Shown in pieces: positions 36,845 to 46,138 of a stretch of DNA of 64,000 nucleotides. The notes beneath the pieces are model-generated. The model ran no database searches, was not told where the DNA came from, and worked only from the letters and a program-made list of their open reading frames with translations. How positions within the stretch are numbered: the first letter of the stretch is position 1; every line of letters begins with the position of its first letter. The stretch lies in the NCBI GenBank assembly GCA_964419615.1, contig CAYQPU010000002.1, positions 9,778 through 73,777 of the forward strand, read 5' to 3'. A program made the translations under genes and the position numbers. Source of the DNA: an uncultured Methanosarcinales archaeon. GTDB lineage: Archaea; Nanobdellota; Nanobdellia; Woesearchaeales; JAGVZT01.

Positions 36845-38236
36845 ATGACACTAAGGATATTCAACACTCTAACAAGGAAAAAAGAAGAGTTTAAGCCAAT
36901 TGAAGATGGAAAAATAAGAATGTACATATGTGGACCAACTGTTCAAGGTCCAGCACATATTGGGCACGCTAGAACATACATTGCATTTGATGTTATAAGA
37001 CGATATTTGATTTATAGAGGCTTTCAAGTTAAATATGTGATGAATATAACTGATGTGCATGATGATATCATCAAGGTAGCTAATGCTGAGAATAAAACAA
37101 TGCAGGAAATATCAGAAAAATTTACAAATATCTTTTTTAGGGATCTAAAGGCACTTAAAATCATGGATGCTGACCTGTACCCAAAAGTCACAGAAACCAT
37201 CCCTGAAATAATAGAAATGGTAAAAAAGCTTGAAGAGAGTGGAAATGCATATGAACGTGACGGATCAGTTTACTTTGAAATATCTTCATTTGAAGATTAC
37301 GGAAAGTTTGCTAGAATCAAATTAGATGAAACTAAAACTGGTACAAGAGTTGATACAGATAAATATGACAAGGATAACCCAATGGACTTTGCATTATGGA
37401 AAGCAATGAAACCAAATGAACCTTTTTGGGAAAGTCCTTGGGGGAAAGGAAGACCAGGATGGCACATAGAATGTTCCGCAATGTCCTGCAAGCACCTGGG
37501 TGAGCAAATTGATATTCATGGGGGTGCCAGAGACTTAATATTCCCGCATCATCAAAATGAAATTGCGCAATCAGAAGCAAGTACTGGTAAAAAGCCTTTT
37601 GTTAAGTATTGGGTCCACACTGGTTTTCTAAATGTGAATGGAGAGAAGATGTCAAAAAGTCTTGGTAACTACATTGAAGTTCCTGATTTGGTTAAAGACT
37701 ATGATATAAATTCAATTAGATACTTCATGGTAAGTACTCAATACTCGGGTCCAATTGATTTTTCAGATAAAAGCATTGCTTTTGCAAAGAACAGTTTGGA
37801 AAGAATCCAAAATTTAGTTTTTGCACTACAAGATGTTAAAGATGGTGAAAATGAAAAAGCAATTGAAGAGATAACAAAGAAATGCAAATCGGAATTTATT
37901 GAATCTATGGATGATAATTTCAACACACCAAGAGCATTTGCAGCCATATTTGAACTAGTAAAAGAGATAAATCCTTTAATCAAAGAAAAGCAACTCAGCA
38001 AAAATAATGCTGAACATGTACTTAGTTTTTTCCAAGAAGTAAATTCTATATTTGATTTCCTTGAATTTGAAAAAGGTGAGATTGGTTCAGATATTGAAGC
38101 ACTTGTCCAGCAAAGAGAACAAGCAAGAAAGGACAAAAACTATGCGAAAGCAGATAAAATAAGAAATCAATTAAATGGAATGGGGATTATCCTTGAAGAT
38201 TCAACAGACGGAGTTAAGTGGAAAAAGAAAACATAG
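36845..38236 (+). CDS. cysS: Cysteinyl-tRNA synthetase
   Basis: Class I HIGH (PAHIGHAR) and KMSKS (EKMSKSLGN) motifs, with Cys/His zinc ligands (WHIECSAMS). 463 aa. Confidence 0.9.
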   Translation: MTLRIFNTLTRKKEEFKPIEDGKIRMYICGPTVQGPAHIGHARTYIAFDVIRRYLIYRGFQVKYVMNITDVHDDIIKVANAENKTMQEISEKFTNIFFRDLKALKIMDADLYPKVTETIPEIIEMVKKLEESGNAYERDGSVYFEISSFEDYGKFARIKLDETKTGTRVDTDKYDKDNPMDFALWKAMKPNEPFWESPWGKGRPGWHIECSAMSCKHLGEQIDIHGGARDLIFPHHQNEIAQSEASTGKKPFVKYWVHTGFLNVNGEKMSKSLGNYIEVPDLVKDYDINSIRYFMVSTQYSGPIDFSDKSIAFAKNSLERIQNLVFALQDVKDGENEKAIEEITKKCKSEFIESMDDNFNTPRAFAAIFELVKEINPLIKEKQLSKNNAEHVLSFFQEVNSIFDFLEFEKGEIGSDIEALVQQREQARKDKNYAKADKIRNQLNGMGIILEDSTDGVKWKKKT

Positions 38237-38239
38237 TTA

Positions 38240-38791
38240 TTAAAGAAAATACAAAAAGTACCCCTCAGGTTTAACTAATTTTTTTAATTGATTAGTTATT
38301 CTTCTCTTAAAAAACAAAGAACCCCATCTATATTGAGAAGTGGGTGACGTAAACAAACCAAAAGCATTTGCAATATCAATTTCACCTGCATAGTTTTTCA
38401 TTAAAAATTCAAGACTTTTTCTTGGTAGTAAATCAACCTCATAGTGCTCAAACAATTCAGTCTCTAAATCAGCAATATCAATTCCAATAACATGAACTCC
38501 TAATTTTTCTAAAGCTCTTGGACCTAATGGCAAAAACTCATATTTGTCTGGATCACTATCCTTACTTTGTTTTGAACCACATCCAAGATCAAGAATAATC
38601 TTGTCCTCCAATTCACCATCAGTAAAATGAAGATAGTAACTTAGTTGCTTTCTAATGCTTTTAAACATGGTACCTGTAATTGAAACATCATATTCTTCTT
38701 CAAGCAAAGGAACAACTTGTTTTGTAAGAACTTCGGCTTGATCTTTGTACTGAGTAAGAACATATACCTTTCTGTAATTGTAAATTCTCAT
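38240..38791 (-). CDS. Putative SAM-dependent methyltransferase-like protein
   Basis: IILDLGCGSKQS resembles MTase motif I. 183 aa. Confidence 0.35.
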   Translation of the reverse strand: MRIYNYRKVYVLTQYKDQAEVLTKQVVPLLEEEYDVSITGTMFKSIRKQLSYYLHFTDGELEDKIILDLGCGSKQSKDSDPDKYEFLPLGPRALEKLGVHVIGIDIADLETELFEHYEVDLLPRKSLEFLMKNYAGEIDIANAFGLFTSPTSQYRWGSLFFKRRITNQLKKLVKPEGYFLYFL

Positions 38792-38792
38792 T

Positions 38793-39428
38793 CTAACCTA
38801 CAAATTCTAAAAGCTTTTCCAATGACTTAATTGTCAAAGAAGCTTGAATACCTGGAAAACTATATTCCTCTCTATCCACTAAGATGTCATAAACATTTGC
38901 AGCTTTGCCAGCTTGTATGTCTTGTACTGTATTCCCTACAAAAAAAGCCTTATCTGCGGATTCACCTAGCATTTCCAAGCACGCATTAATTCCTTGAGGA
39001 TCTGGCTTAGGTTTAATTCCATAGGCTGAGTTTGCATTAACTATAGCATCAAACTCTAAATTAAGCAAAGCCATTTCTGGATCAGATATGCGTTTTGGAG
39101 CCATGGTTACAATACCAAGTTTTAGACCTTTACTTTTCAGCTCATTTAGCACCCAAACATCTTCATAAGCACTTGAATATTTTTCTCTTAATTCAACAGT
39201 ATTAAGAATTTCAAACAGCGGCCAAAACTCAGAAGGTTTCAACCCGAAATCATTTGTTATAATTTCATTTCTATTCCGCTCAAACCAAAATTTGTCTATC
39301 AGTTCATCACTAGTAGTTTTACCATAAATATCCAGGACTTGGCCCACAATAATTTGCCTATGCTCTGCATCAGTATAAATCAGTGTCCCATCCAGATCAA
39401 ATAAAGCAGTAGTATACTTCATGAACAA
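38793..39428 (-). CDS. HAD-superfamily hydrolase
   Basis: ALFDLDGTLIYTD (the DxDGT nucleophile motif) and a downstream GNTVQD. 211 aa. Confidence 0.75.
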   Translation of the reverse strand: MFMKYTTALFDLDGTLIYTDAEHRQIIVGQVLDIYGKTTSDELIDKFWFERNRNEIITNDFGLKPSEFWPLFEILNTVELREKYSSAYEDVWVLNELKSKGLKLGIVTMAPKRISDPEMALLNLEFDAIVNANSAYGIKPKPDPQGINACLEMLGESADKAFFVGNTVQDIQAGKAANVYDILVDREEYSFPGIQASLTIKSLEKLLEFVG

Positions 39429-39620
39429 TGGGAATCCTCATATATTTAAAATATTAATGATGTAGATTCAGTTTTGAATAATTCCTCATTAAATTTAACA
39501 TTATTCCAAAAATTTGTATTTTCTTTCTTTTTATTTCTTAATTTAAGTAAAAAATCTTCACACATTATTAATAAAATCTTGGTTTCCCATTATTGATATA
39601 GCAATCATAACAACATAAAG

Positions 39621-40097
39621 GTGAAACAAATGATAACAGAACCATTAAGATTTACACAAGAACAAAAAGAGGTTATCAAACAAACTTACGAAGCATTGGA
39701 AAAAAAGCTATTGGCATATGATGGGAGCCTTGAAATTGAAATAAGCATAACACCCCATGGTAATTTAGATAATTATTATTTTAAAGTCATAGCACACAAC
39801 ATGGCAGACTATTTAGGAATGAATGGTCCAGTCGATGGTCAACAAGATAAAACACAATTTGTACATATTGGAATCTTTCCCCCCTCTGAATCAAGTTATT
39901 ATGTGACTTTTAGGTTTGATTTTGGCTCCACTGAAATGAGAACTGAATTTGCAGATATAATAACAGAAAGCGGAGTAGTTAAGGTTAGTGACAAGGGTCC
40001 TGTTTTGTACAGCACAACCTCAGAAGATTTAACTGATATTGATTTTGAAAAACCAATAATGCTTTACTATAAACTGGCTGAAAATTATCCTGGTTAA
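39621..40097 (+). CDS. Hypothetical protein
   Basis: 158-aa ORF. Good coding character, no recognisable motif. Confidence 0.3.
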   Translation: MKQMITEPLRFTQEQKEVIKQTYEALEKKLLAYDGSLEIEISITPHGNLDNYYFKVIAHNMADYLGMNGPVDGQQDKTQFVHIGIFPPSESSYYVTFRFDFGSTEMRTEFADIITESGVVKVSDKGPVLYSTTSEDLTDIDFEKPIMLYYKLAENYPG

Positions 40098-40110
40098 ATG
40101 GAGGAACAAT

Positions 40111-40644
40111 ATGACAAAACTACCAACACAAGAGGAAATCAATGCCTGGTTAGACACAAAAGAAGGAAAACATGTACTTCACACAATGCATGCAATAGAT
40201 GCTGCAAGACATGGAATGTGGTTTGATTTAAACGATTTATTCTTTGACAATAAAATGGCTGAAATGTCAGGTGATGAACAATATCAATATCTAAAAGAAC
40301 TAATGCCTATTGAAAGCATTTATTGGGCAGCATACTTACCAGTTCAAGATTGTCTAGTGTTAGGTGATGAAGATAACTTTTTTGAACATCATGATGATTC
40401 TCTCGCAGAAAGACTAGTAAAATTCGGTGCTGTTCAAATTGACAAAAAATTCATTCAAGGTACAGTAGCAATAGTTAAAAGCAACGAATGGAAAATCTTT
40501 GACACAACAATACCTAGTGAGTATCAAACTGTACAAACATGTGTGACTGGATTACAAAAGGAAGGCCATGTTTTGTTAGAAAGAACAGTCGATGAAGATT
40601 CCAAACCTTATTATGAAATTCATATGCCAAAATCGAAGTATTAA
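40111..40644 (+). CDS. Hypothetical protein
   Basis: 177-aa ORF directly following the previous gene. No motif recognised. Confidence 0.3.
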   Translation: MTKLPTQEEINAWLDTKEGKHVLHTMHAIDAARHGMWFDLNDLFFDNKMAEMSGDEQYQYLKELMPIESIYWAAYLPVQDCLVLGDEDNFFEHHDDSLAERLVKFGAVQIDKKFIQGTVAIVKSNEWKIFDTTIPSEYQTVQTCVTGLQKEGHVLLERTVDEDSKPYYEIHMPKSKY

Positions 40645-40680
40645 GATTTCTGCTTTTGAATAATAAAAAAAGGAAAGACC

Positions 40681-40824
40681 TACATCTTTCCAATTTTAAA
40701 CATTTTTGTACCACACTCAGAACATACTCCCTTAACAGCGTCCCTACCATTGTCCATAATATGTGGTTTAGCGTCTTTCATTTCTCTTTTCTCTTTACAC
40801 TTCATGCAATATCCTTGTACCATT
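40681..40824 (-). CDS. Small zinc-ribbon protein (DUF5679-like), missed by the ORF track (<60 aa)
   Basis: Minus-strand ORF MVQGYCMKCKEKREMKDAKPHIMDNGRDAVKGVCSECGTKMFKIGKM (47 aa) with CxxC...CxxC. GGAGG lies 8 nt upstream of the ATG. It matches a small archaeal protein family I recall. Confidence 0.5.
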
Positions 40825-40848
40825 CTTTTTCCTCCTTATCAAAATAAT

Positions 40849-41009
40849 AGCCCCAGGCAGACTTTCAAAATCCTTCTTCCAAAGCGGATTCGACAAAGTC
40901 GAAGACGCCATTTTTGGTCGAACTTTTCAGCGAAGCGGAAAAAGGTCGTTTTCGAACTGCCGCCAATCGGCCCAGAACCGAGTATCCTTGACCACTAGAC
41001 CATGGGGCT
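40849..41009 (-). tRNA. tRNA-Gln(CUG): tRNA-Gln(CUG) with an ~88-nt non-canonical intron in the T-loop (position 59/60 or 60/61)
   Basis: Minus strand. 5' exon AGCCCCA-UG-GUCU-AGUGGUCAA-GGAU-A-CUCGG-UUCUGGG-CCGAU-UGGC-GGCAG-UUCGAA, then an 88-nt insert (40863-40950), then 3' exon U-CUGCC-UGGGGCU-A. This gives a 7-bp acceptor stem, A14, G18G19, U33, anticodon CUG, T-stem GGCAG/CUGCC, T-loop UUCGAAU, discriminator A. No encoded CCA; oligo-U follows. Confidence 0.55.
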
Positions 41010-41078
41010 ATATATCAAGCAAAATATTACATCATTTAAAAAGATTTTTATATTCTAATCTCTAAGGTTCAAATTACC

Positions 41079-41741
41079 ATGACAAAAACAAACATATTCT
41101 CAATATTATCATTAGTATTTGCATTTTTGTTTTTTCCTTTAGGATTGATATTTGGAATAATTGCGTTAATTCAAATAAAAAAGACAGGTGAACAAGGAAA
41201 AGGGTCTGATGCCACAGGTATTGACAGTTGGCAGAGGAGCAGGCATTATGAGATGAGGATAGGAGAATCAAATATGCCTTACGCCAAAGCAGACATTATA
41301 GTTGATACAGATAACAAAATGGTATATGGTCATGTCTTGAGAATAAAACCAAGACATGATGTGATTGGTGCAGAGAGTATTTTCAAACGTATGAAGTACA
41401 AGCACATACTTGTGCTTGGAGATAAAGGATATGACAGCGAACCTTTACATAGAGTAGCAGAGCAGGAAGGATTCCTGCTCTATGCTCCTCCTAGAGATAG
41501 CTCAAGGAAGTCTCCAAGAGGCAAGCACAGAAAACGTTGTGCAAGGTATCCTCCTGACGGGAAAGGGATGCGCAGCATTGTTGAATCTGTGATAAGAAGC
41601 TTAAAATCAAGATCTGTCTCTCTGAAATCACGACTGCATTACATGAAAAAAAGAGAATTTGCTTGGAAAATACTCTCATATAACATTGAACTTTTTGCGC
41701 AACTGATTAATCAGTTGCACTGGCTGATAAATTCAGCTTAA
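41079..41741 (+). mobile_element. IS5/IS4-family DDE transposase C-terminal remnant fused in-frame to an N-terminal transmembrane peptide
   Basis: ILVLGDKGYDSEPLHRVAEQEGFLLYAPPR...RYPP...RSIVESVIRSLKS...EFAWKILSYNIELFAQL matches the C-terminal conserved region of IS5-family transposases. The HTH and first catalytic Asp are absent. Local GC is elevated. It lies next to the tRNA. Confidence 0.45.
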
Positions 41742-41807
41742 TAAATCTATTCTGGACAGAGCAAATTTTTCTTAACTTTTATATACTCAAACAAATTAAT
41801 CAACACT

Positions 41808-42410
41808 ATGAAACGAATAGGAGACGGAGCAGAAGCCATAATCTATCAAAATAAAAACATAGTTCTAAAAGACAGAATAAAAAAGTCATACAGATTAGAA
41901 CAAATAGATAATAAGCTAAGAAAATTCAGAACAAGAAGAGAAGCAAAATTATTAGGAAAACTATCTAAATTAGGCTTCACACCTAAATTAGTTGATTCTG
42001 ACGACAAAAACATGCAAATAAAAATGGAGTTTATTGATGGGCCCAGATTAAGAGATGTATTAAATGCAAATAACTTTCGAAAATACTGCCCTGAAATAGG
42101 GAAAAAAATAGCAATTCTTCACAACAACAACATAATCCATTCAGACCTTACAACCTCAAACATGGTTGTCAAAGACAAAATTTATTTTATTGACTTTGGA
42201 CTTAGCTATGAATCACAAAAAATAGAAGACAAAGCAGTTGACCTGCATCTATTAAAACAAGCTCTAGAATCAAAACACCATAAGATATTCAAAAAAGCAT
42301 TCCAAGAAGTATTAAACTCGTATCAAAAAGAAATCAAGCAAAGTTCCGAAATCCTAAAGAGATTCAAAAAAGTAGAAGCTAGAGGAAGATACAAAAAAAA
42401 AGGATCATAA
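41808..42410 (+). CDS. bud32: Bud32 / Kae1-associated kinase (KEOPS subunit)
   Basis: A 200-aa atypical kinase with IAILHNNNIIHSDLTTSNMVV and IDFGLS, typical of archaeal Bud32. Confidence 0.75.
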   Translation: MKRIGDGAEAIIYQNKNIVLKDRIKKSYRLEQIDNKLRKFRTRREAKLLGKLSKLGFTPKLVDSDDKNMQIKMEFIDGPRLRDVLNANNFRKYCPEIGKKIAILHNNNIIHSDLTTSNMVVKDKIYFIDFGLSYESQKIEDKAVDLHLLKQALESKHHKIFKKAFQEVLNSYQKEIKQSSEILKRFKKVEARGRYKKKGS

Positions 42411-43103
42411 ACTATTTAATATTTCCAAGTAATCAACACCATAACCTTTTTTTGTAAAAAAATCACAAATAACCTTTAGATCACGTTTTAAGTACTTCTT
42501 TGCATTCAAATCCTTCAAAGGAGTTGTTGAAGACATATCAATAAGCACTGCCTTCTCATCATTATTCAGAATATTAAATTGAGAGAGATCTCCATGCACA
42601 TAACCATACTTATACAATTTTTTAACATTACCAATAATATCATCAAAGAATTCATCTGGTTTTTTAGGGAAAACATCTTTTAATTTTGGAGCTGGGCTTT
42701 CCTTTCCAACCATCTCCATAATCAGAACATTATTTTTTACAACAAAAGGCGTTGGAGCATTAACACCTGCTTCACGTGCATTTAAAAGGTTCCGATATTC
42801 TCGCTGAGCCCAGGCAAAAACAACCTTTCTTCTCTGCTTTTTGATTTCAGCAAATCTTGGGTCAAACCTAATATAATTATACATCTGGTTAAAATCACAA
42901 GTCTGAAGCCGGTAAATCTTTAAAACAACATCTCCATAATCTCCCTGACCCCAGAAAACATTTGATTCCTTGCCAATACTTATTGGGACAAGGCTTTCCT
43001 CTTCAAAATATCTCTTAACACTTAACTCAAAAAGAGTCCTCAAAGTAAACTGATCAAAAACATTCTTGTAGACCTTGAATTTTTCAGGTATTGTTTTACC
43101 CAT
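42405..43103 (-). CDS. RIO-type serine/threonine protein kinase
   Basis: LVHGDLSQFNIL, VLIDMSS and an N-terminal RIO fold (KESNVFWGQ...VVLKIYR). 232 aa. Confidence 0.75.
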   Translation of the reverse strand: MGKTIPEKFKVYKNVFDQFTLRTLFELSVKRYFEEESLVPISIGKESNVFWGQGDYGDVVLKIYRLQTCDFNQMYNYIRFDPRFAEIKKQRRKVVFAWAQREYRNLLNAREAGVNAPTPFVVKNNVLIMEMVGKESPAPKLKDVFPKKPDEFFDDIIGNVKKLYKYGYVHGDLSQFNILNNDEKAVLIDMSSTTPLKDLNAKKYLKRDLKVICDFFTKKGYGVDYLEILNSL

Positions 43104-43212
43104 AACAATAACTTAGCAGTTTAAGGTTTAAAAACCTTTTCAAAAGAGATTCACTGCAGAATTAAGTCATATGTTAGAAAGGAATATAAATAAAGCTTTA
43201 AACTGACAACCT

Positions 43213-44115
43213 ATGTTAGCAGATTCGCCTGAAGAAATCCGACAAAATATCTTGAAGGCTTATTCAAGAGTAAAAGATAGAAAAGTCTCAGATTATCTAA
43301 AAACAGAAATAATATATGTTCTCTCTGGATCAAAGCCAAACATTACTTTTGAAAACCCTAATGAAATGGAAAGCTTTGAAATTGTAAAAATATGTAGAAA
43401 ACTTGGTTTGATTTGTTTGAAAATTAGATCATTCAATATAATAAAATATGTGGTTGGTACAAGTCAAGAAGATGTTGATAGAATTATTGAACTTAATAAC
43501 ACAATATTCTCACCCAATATACAGGATCGAACAATAGAAAGTACGATTGAATATGGGTTATTGATGGGCTACCCCAAGTGTTGTTGTAAGACAATCAGAT
43601 CGACAATCAGATCGGTTTCCAAAGGACATTATAATGCAGTTGGTCAATATTTCAAATTAAACAGCCCCTGGCCGTATTGCATGAATTGTTGCATCCCATT
43701 AATATACCACCTTCCCTGCTCACCTAAATGTCAGCAAACTCAAAAAATTGGAAAAGATTTCCTGAATACGCGACAAATGGTGTTTAATATGTTCTCTAAA
43801 GCAAACCAAGAAAGACTAAAAAATAAATTCAGATGCAAAACACTCCATTTTGATCAAAATCAATACATTCTGTTCAAACTAAAAAAGGAGGATAAAACTG
43901 AAATAAGGGAAATACTCAAAAAGAGAAACAACCCTACTTTTGAAAATACTCTTGTTGGCTACCCAACTCAAAAGCAATCAGAATTCATAAACCTAATTGA
44001 AGTAAATGATAAAGTTGAAGTGGAAGGAGACAAAATTACTCTAAGCAAACCAGACAGAACAATTACCCATAAAAAGATAGACCCCTCAGTTGGAGTACTA
44101 TTTGAGTTTGTATAA
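43213..44115 (+). CDS. Hypothetical Cys-motif protein (GYPKCC ... HLPCSPKC), paralog of 18811..19773
   Basis: GYPKCCCKTIRS...PYCMNCCIPLIYHLPCSPKCQQT. 300 aa. Confidence 0.3.
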   Translation: MLADSPEEIRQNILKAYSRVKDRKVSDYLKTEIIYVLSGSKPNITFENPNEMESFEIVKICRKLGLICLKIRSFNIIKYVVGTSQEDVDRIIELNNTIFSPNIQDRTIESTIEYGLLMGYPKCCCKTIRSTIRSVSKGHYNAVGQYFKLNSPWPYCMNCCIPLIYHLPCSPKCQQTQKIGKDFLNTRQMVFNMFSKANQERLKNKFRCKTLHFDQNQYILFKLKKEDKTEIREILKKRNNPTFENTLVGYPTQKQSEFINLIEVNDKVEVEGDKITLSKPDRTITHKKIDPSVGVLFEFV

Positions 44116-44583
44116 CTGGTAGATCCAGTCTTTATCACAGTTAATCTTTTTTTCAACCTTAAACAACTCTTTAATTATTGAATCAATCAGATCAAATTTA
44201 CTAGACCTTTTAAGAATACTAATCACAACTTTATCTTTGGCAACTCTATTTATCTCCTTTAAACCCTTTTCAATATCATCAAAATTTTGTACAGCAGTAA
44301 GACTAATCACATAATCAAAATAATTATCCTTAAATGGCAAATTTTCAGCTCTACCTTGCATAAAAAAACCATGCTTTGCCTTTTTTAGCAACTCCAAGCT
44401 GGGATCTACTCCAACAACCTGACAATTAAGCAAATGCAAATAATGACCCGTTCCACAACCAACATCCAGCAGTAATTGATTTTCCTTTGGATTTATTATC
44501 TTTGCAATAATCTTTGCTTTCTCTAACTGCTCTTCCCCATAAAGTTCATTATAGCCTTCAGAAATCTCATCATAATAACTCAT
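44098..44583 (-). CDS. Class I SAM-dependent methyltransferase
   Basis: LLDVGCGTGHYL (motif I) and FDYVISLTAVQNF (Methyltransf_11-like). 161 aa. Confidence 0.65.
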   Translation of the reverse strand: MSYYDEISEGYNELYGEEQLEKAKIIAKIINPKENQLLLDVGCGTGHYLHLLNCQVVGVDPSLELLKKAKHGFFMQGRAENLPFKDNYFDYVISLTAVQNFDDIEKGLKEINRVAKDKVVISILKRSSKFDLIDSIIKELFKVEKKINCDKDWIYQLYKLK

Positions 44584-45587
44584 GGTTCAGAAACCACCCT
44601 TTTATCCATATAATCAGTCAGGTTATACTTTGTAATATGGTAAATCTCAAGTTTAAAACCGTAAAAATCATCGGCAACTTGACTAGAACTAACAGAGGTA
44701 ATATTCCACAAACTCTTATTGCCTACAGTTGAATCAATACACCTTTTACTATAATAACAATAATCAACATAAGTCCAAGGATCATCACTAACAAAGCCAA
44801 ACTCATTTGGATTAATAAATGACTCCATACCACAGCAAGCTGAAGCATTTGAGTTGTTCTCAAATCGCATTAAGAAACTTGGAGCATCTGTCTCAAAAGT
44901 ATAGTTAATATCCAAAATATGGTTATTAATCAGATCAACAGTCCAATCAGTTGAATTTGCAAACCCTATCTCATTTGAGTAGTCTTCATTAATAATGTAA
45001 TATGGATCATAAAATCTATTTAGTTCCAAAACACCAGTGATAATAGAGGTAGTATTCCAAATAGCAATACCTGCATCAAGGTTAATAGTTATGTTTAAAT
45101 CAATTGCAACCTGACTAAAACCAGTATCATTATCTTGGTGAATAGTAACATCATTAACAGTAAAATTAAGGTACAGCATCATTTCTTCAGCTGCCAAATC
45201 CTGAACCATCACCAGTTTTTCTGGAAATGTGTTATTAACCATATTATTAATACCATAAGTTTCATTTAGGCTTTGGGAATTCAAAGTACCAAACAAAACA
45301 ACTTCTGAGAAATTCGCTTGGACATCTGAAAGAGGTTTACCTGAATCATTAACATAACTAACTAATGCTTTAACAGCACTATAACTCGAACCAGTTAAAG
45401 CTCTTTTAAGAAGAGTTGTATGCAAGCTCTCCATCAAACCATTGGCCTTATTAATTCTTGTTTGCACTGTCATAATTCTGCTTACCTGAGGAAGACTTTC
45501 ATAATTGGGCATAAAAAAAGCAATAACCGCAACCACCAATGTAACTGTGATCAAAGTCAGAAACATGGCCCTTTTATTCATTGCCAA
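44580..45587 (-). CDS. Membrane-anchored extracellular protein, heavily sequon-decorated (hypothetical; possible pilus/archaellum-associated)
   Basis: N-terminal TM FLTLITVTLVVAVIAFF, then a long Asn/Thr-rich domain with many N-x-S/T sites. Confidence 0.3.
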   Translation of the reverse strand: MAMNKRAMFLTLITVTLVVAVIAFFMPNYESLPQVSRIMTVQTRINKANGLMESLHTTLLKRALTGSSYSAVKALVSYVNDSGKPLSDVQANFSEVVLFGTLNSQSLNETYGINNMVNNTFPEKLVMVQDLAAEEMMLYLNFTVNDVTIHQDNDTGFSQVAIDLNITINLDAGIAIWNTTSIITGVLELNRFYDPYYIINEDYSNEIGFANSTDWTVDLINNHILDINYTFETDAPSFLMRFENNSNASACCGMESFINPNEFGFVSDDPWTYVDYCYYSKRCIDSTVGNKSLWNITSVSSSQVADDFYGFKLEIYHITKYNLTDYMDKRVVSEP

Positions 45588-46111
45588 ATTCTCACCTCAG
45601 CTGTAGCCGGACCCCAGGTAAACTCCTCTCTCAGTAATCCTAAAATCAATCTTTTTGATGTCACCAATTGCTCTGACTCATTTTGTAAAGCATTACCTGA
45701 ATTAATTGTTAAGTTAAAGCTATCTGTAGTATTGTAAATCCAAAGCTCAAAACCAAAATTATCGGGAACAGAATTATCAGCAACAGCCAATAAAAAATTT
45801 TCCGCAAGAAAAGTTCGATTGGTCATATAAAAAACAGTAGCCTGCTCAATTAAAGTATTATCTGCATTAGTAATATTCGTGCTTCCATTTGTATAAAGTG
45901 AATAAACAAAGTCATCATTAACCTCATACACTTTTGTCTCTGCAAGTAAATCCATAATATCATCACTAAGAAAAATACCTTGCAATTGGTAAGGTTTTTG
46001 ACTGTGAAAAGAAAAAATCAGGATAACGCTTAAAACTAAAACACTAATTGCAATAAATGCATCTAGCATAAAAAAATACCCCTTTTTCATAAAAAGAAAA
46101 ACCCTAATCAA
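45578..46111 (-). CDS. Type IV pilin-like protein (class III signal peptide candidate)
   Basis: N-terminus MKKGYFFMLDAFIAISVLVLSVILIF: a basic leader then G then a hydrophobic helix, as in archaeal pilins/archaellins. An N-glycosylation-rich domain follows. Confidence 0.35.
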   Translation of the reverse strand: MIRVFLFMKKGYFFMLDAFIAISVLVLSVILIFSFHSQKPYQLQGIFLSDDIMDLLAETKVYEVNDDFVYSLYTNGSTNITNADNTLIEQATVFYMTNRTFLAENFLLAVADNSVPDNFGFELWIYNTTDSFNLTINSGNALQNESEQLVTSKRLILGLLREEFTWGPATAEVRIWQ

Positions 46112-46138
46112 TGTATATAAATTTTGTGCAAATATTAA

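Noticed and set aside
40849-41009. Interpreting the 161-nt terminal-helix RNA as a non-tRNA small RNA or a tRNA with a canonical 37/38 intron
   Set aside because: The anticodon loop and both anticodon-stem strands are contiguous, so there is no intron at 37/38. Every cloverleaf element is accounted for once an insert in the T-loop is removed. This makes the tRNA-with-T-loop-intron model the most parsimonious, though the exact junction (59/60 versus 60/61) is uncertain.
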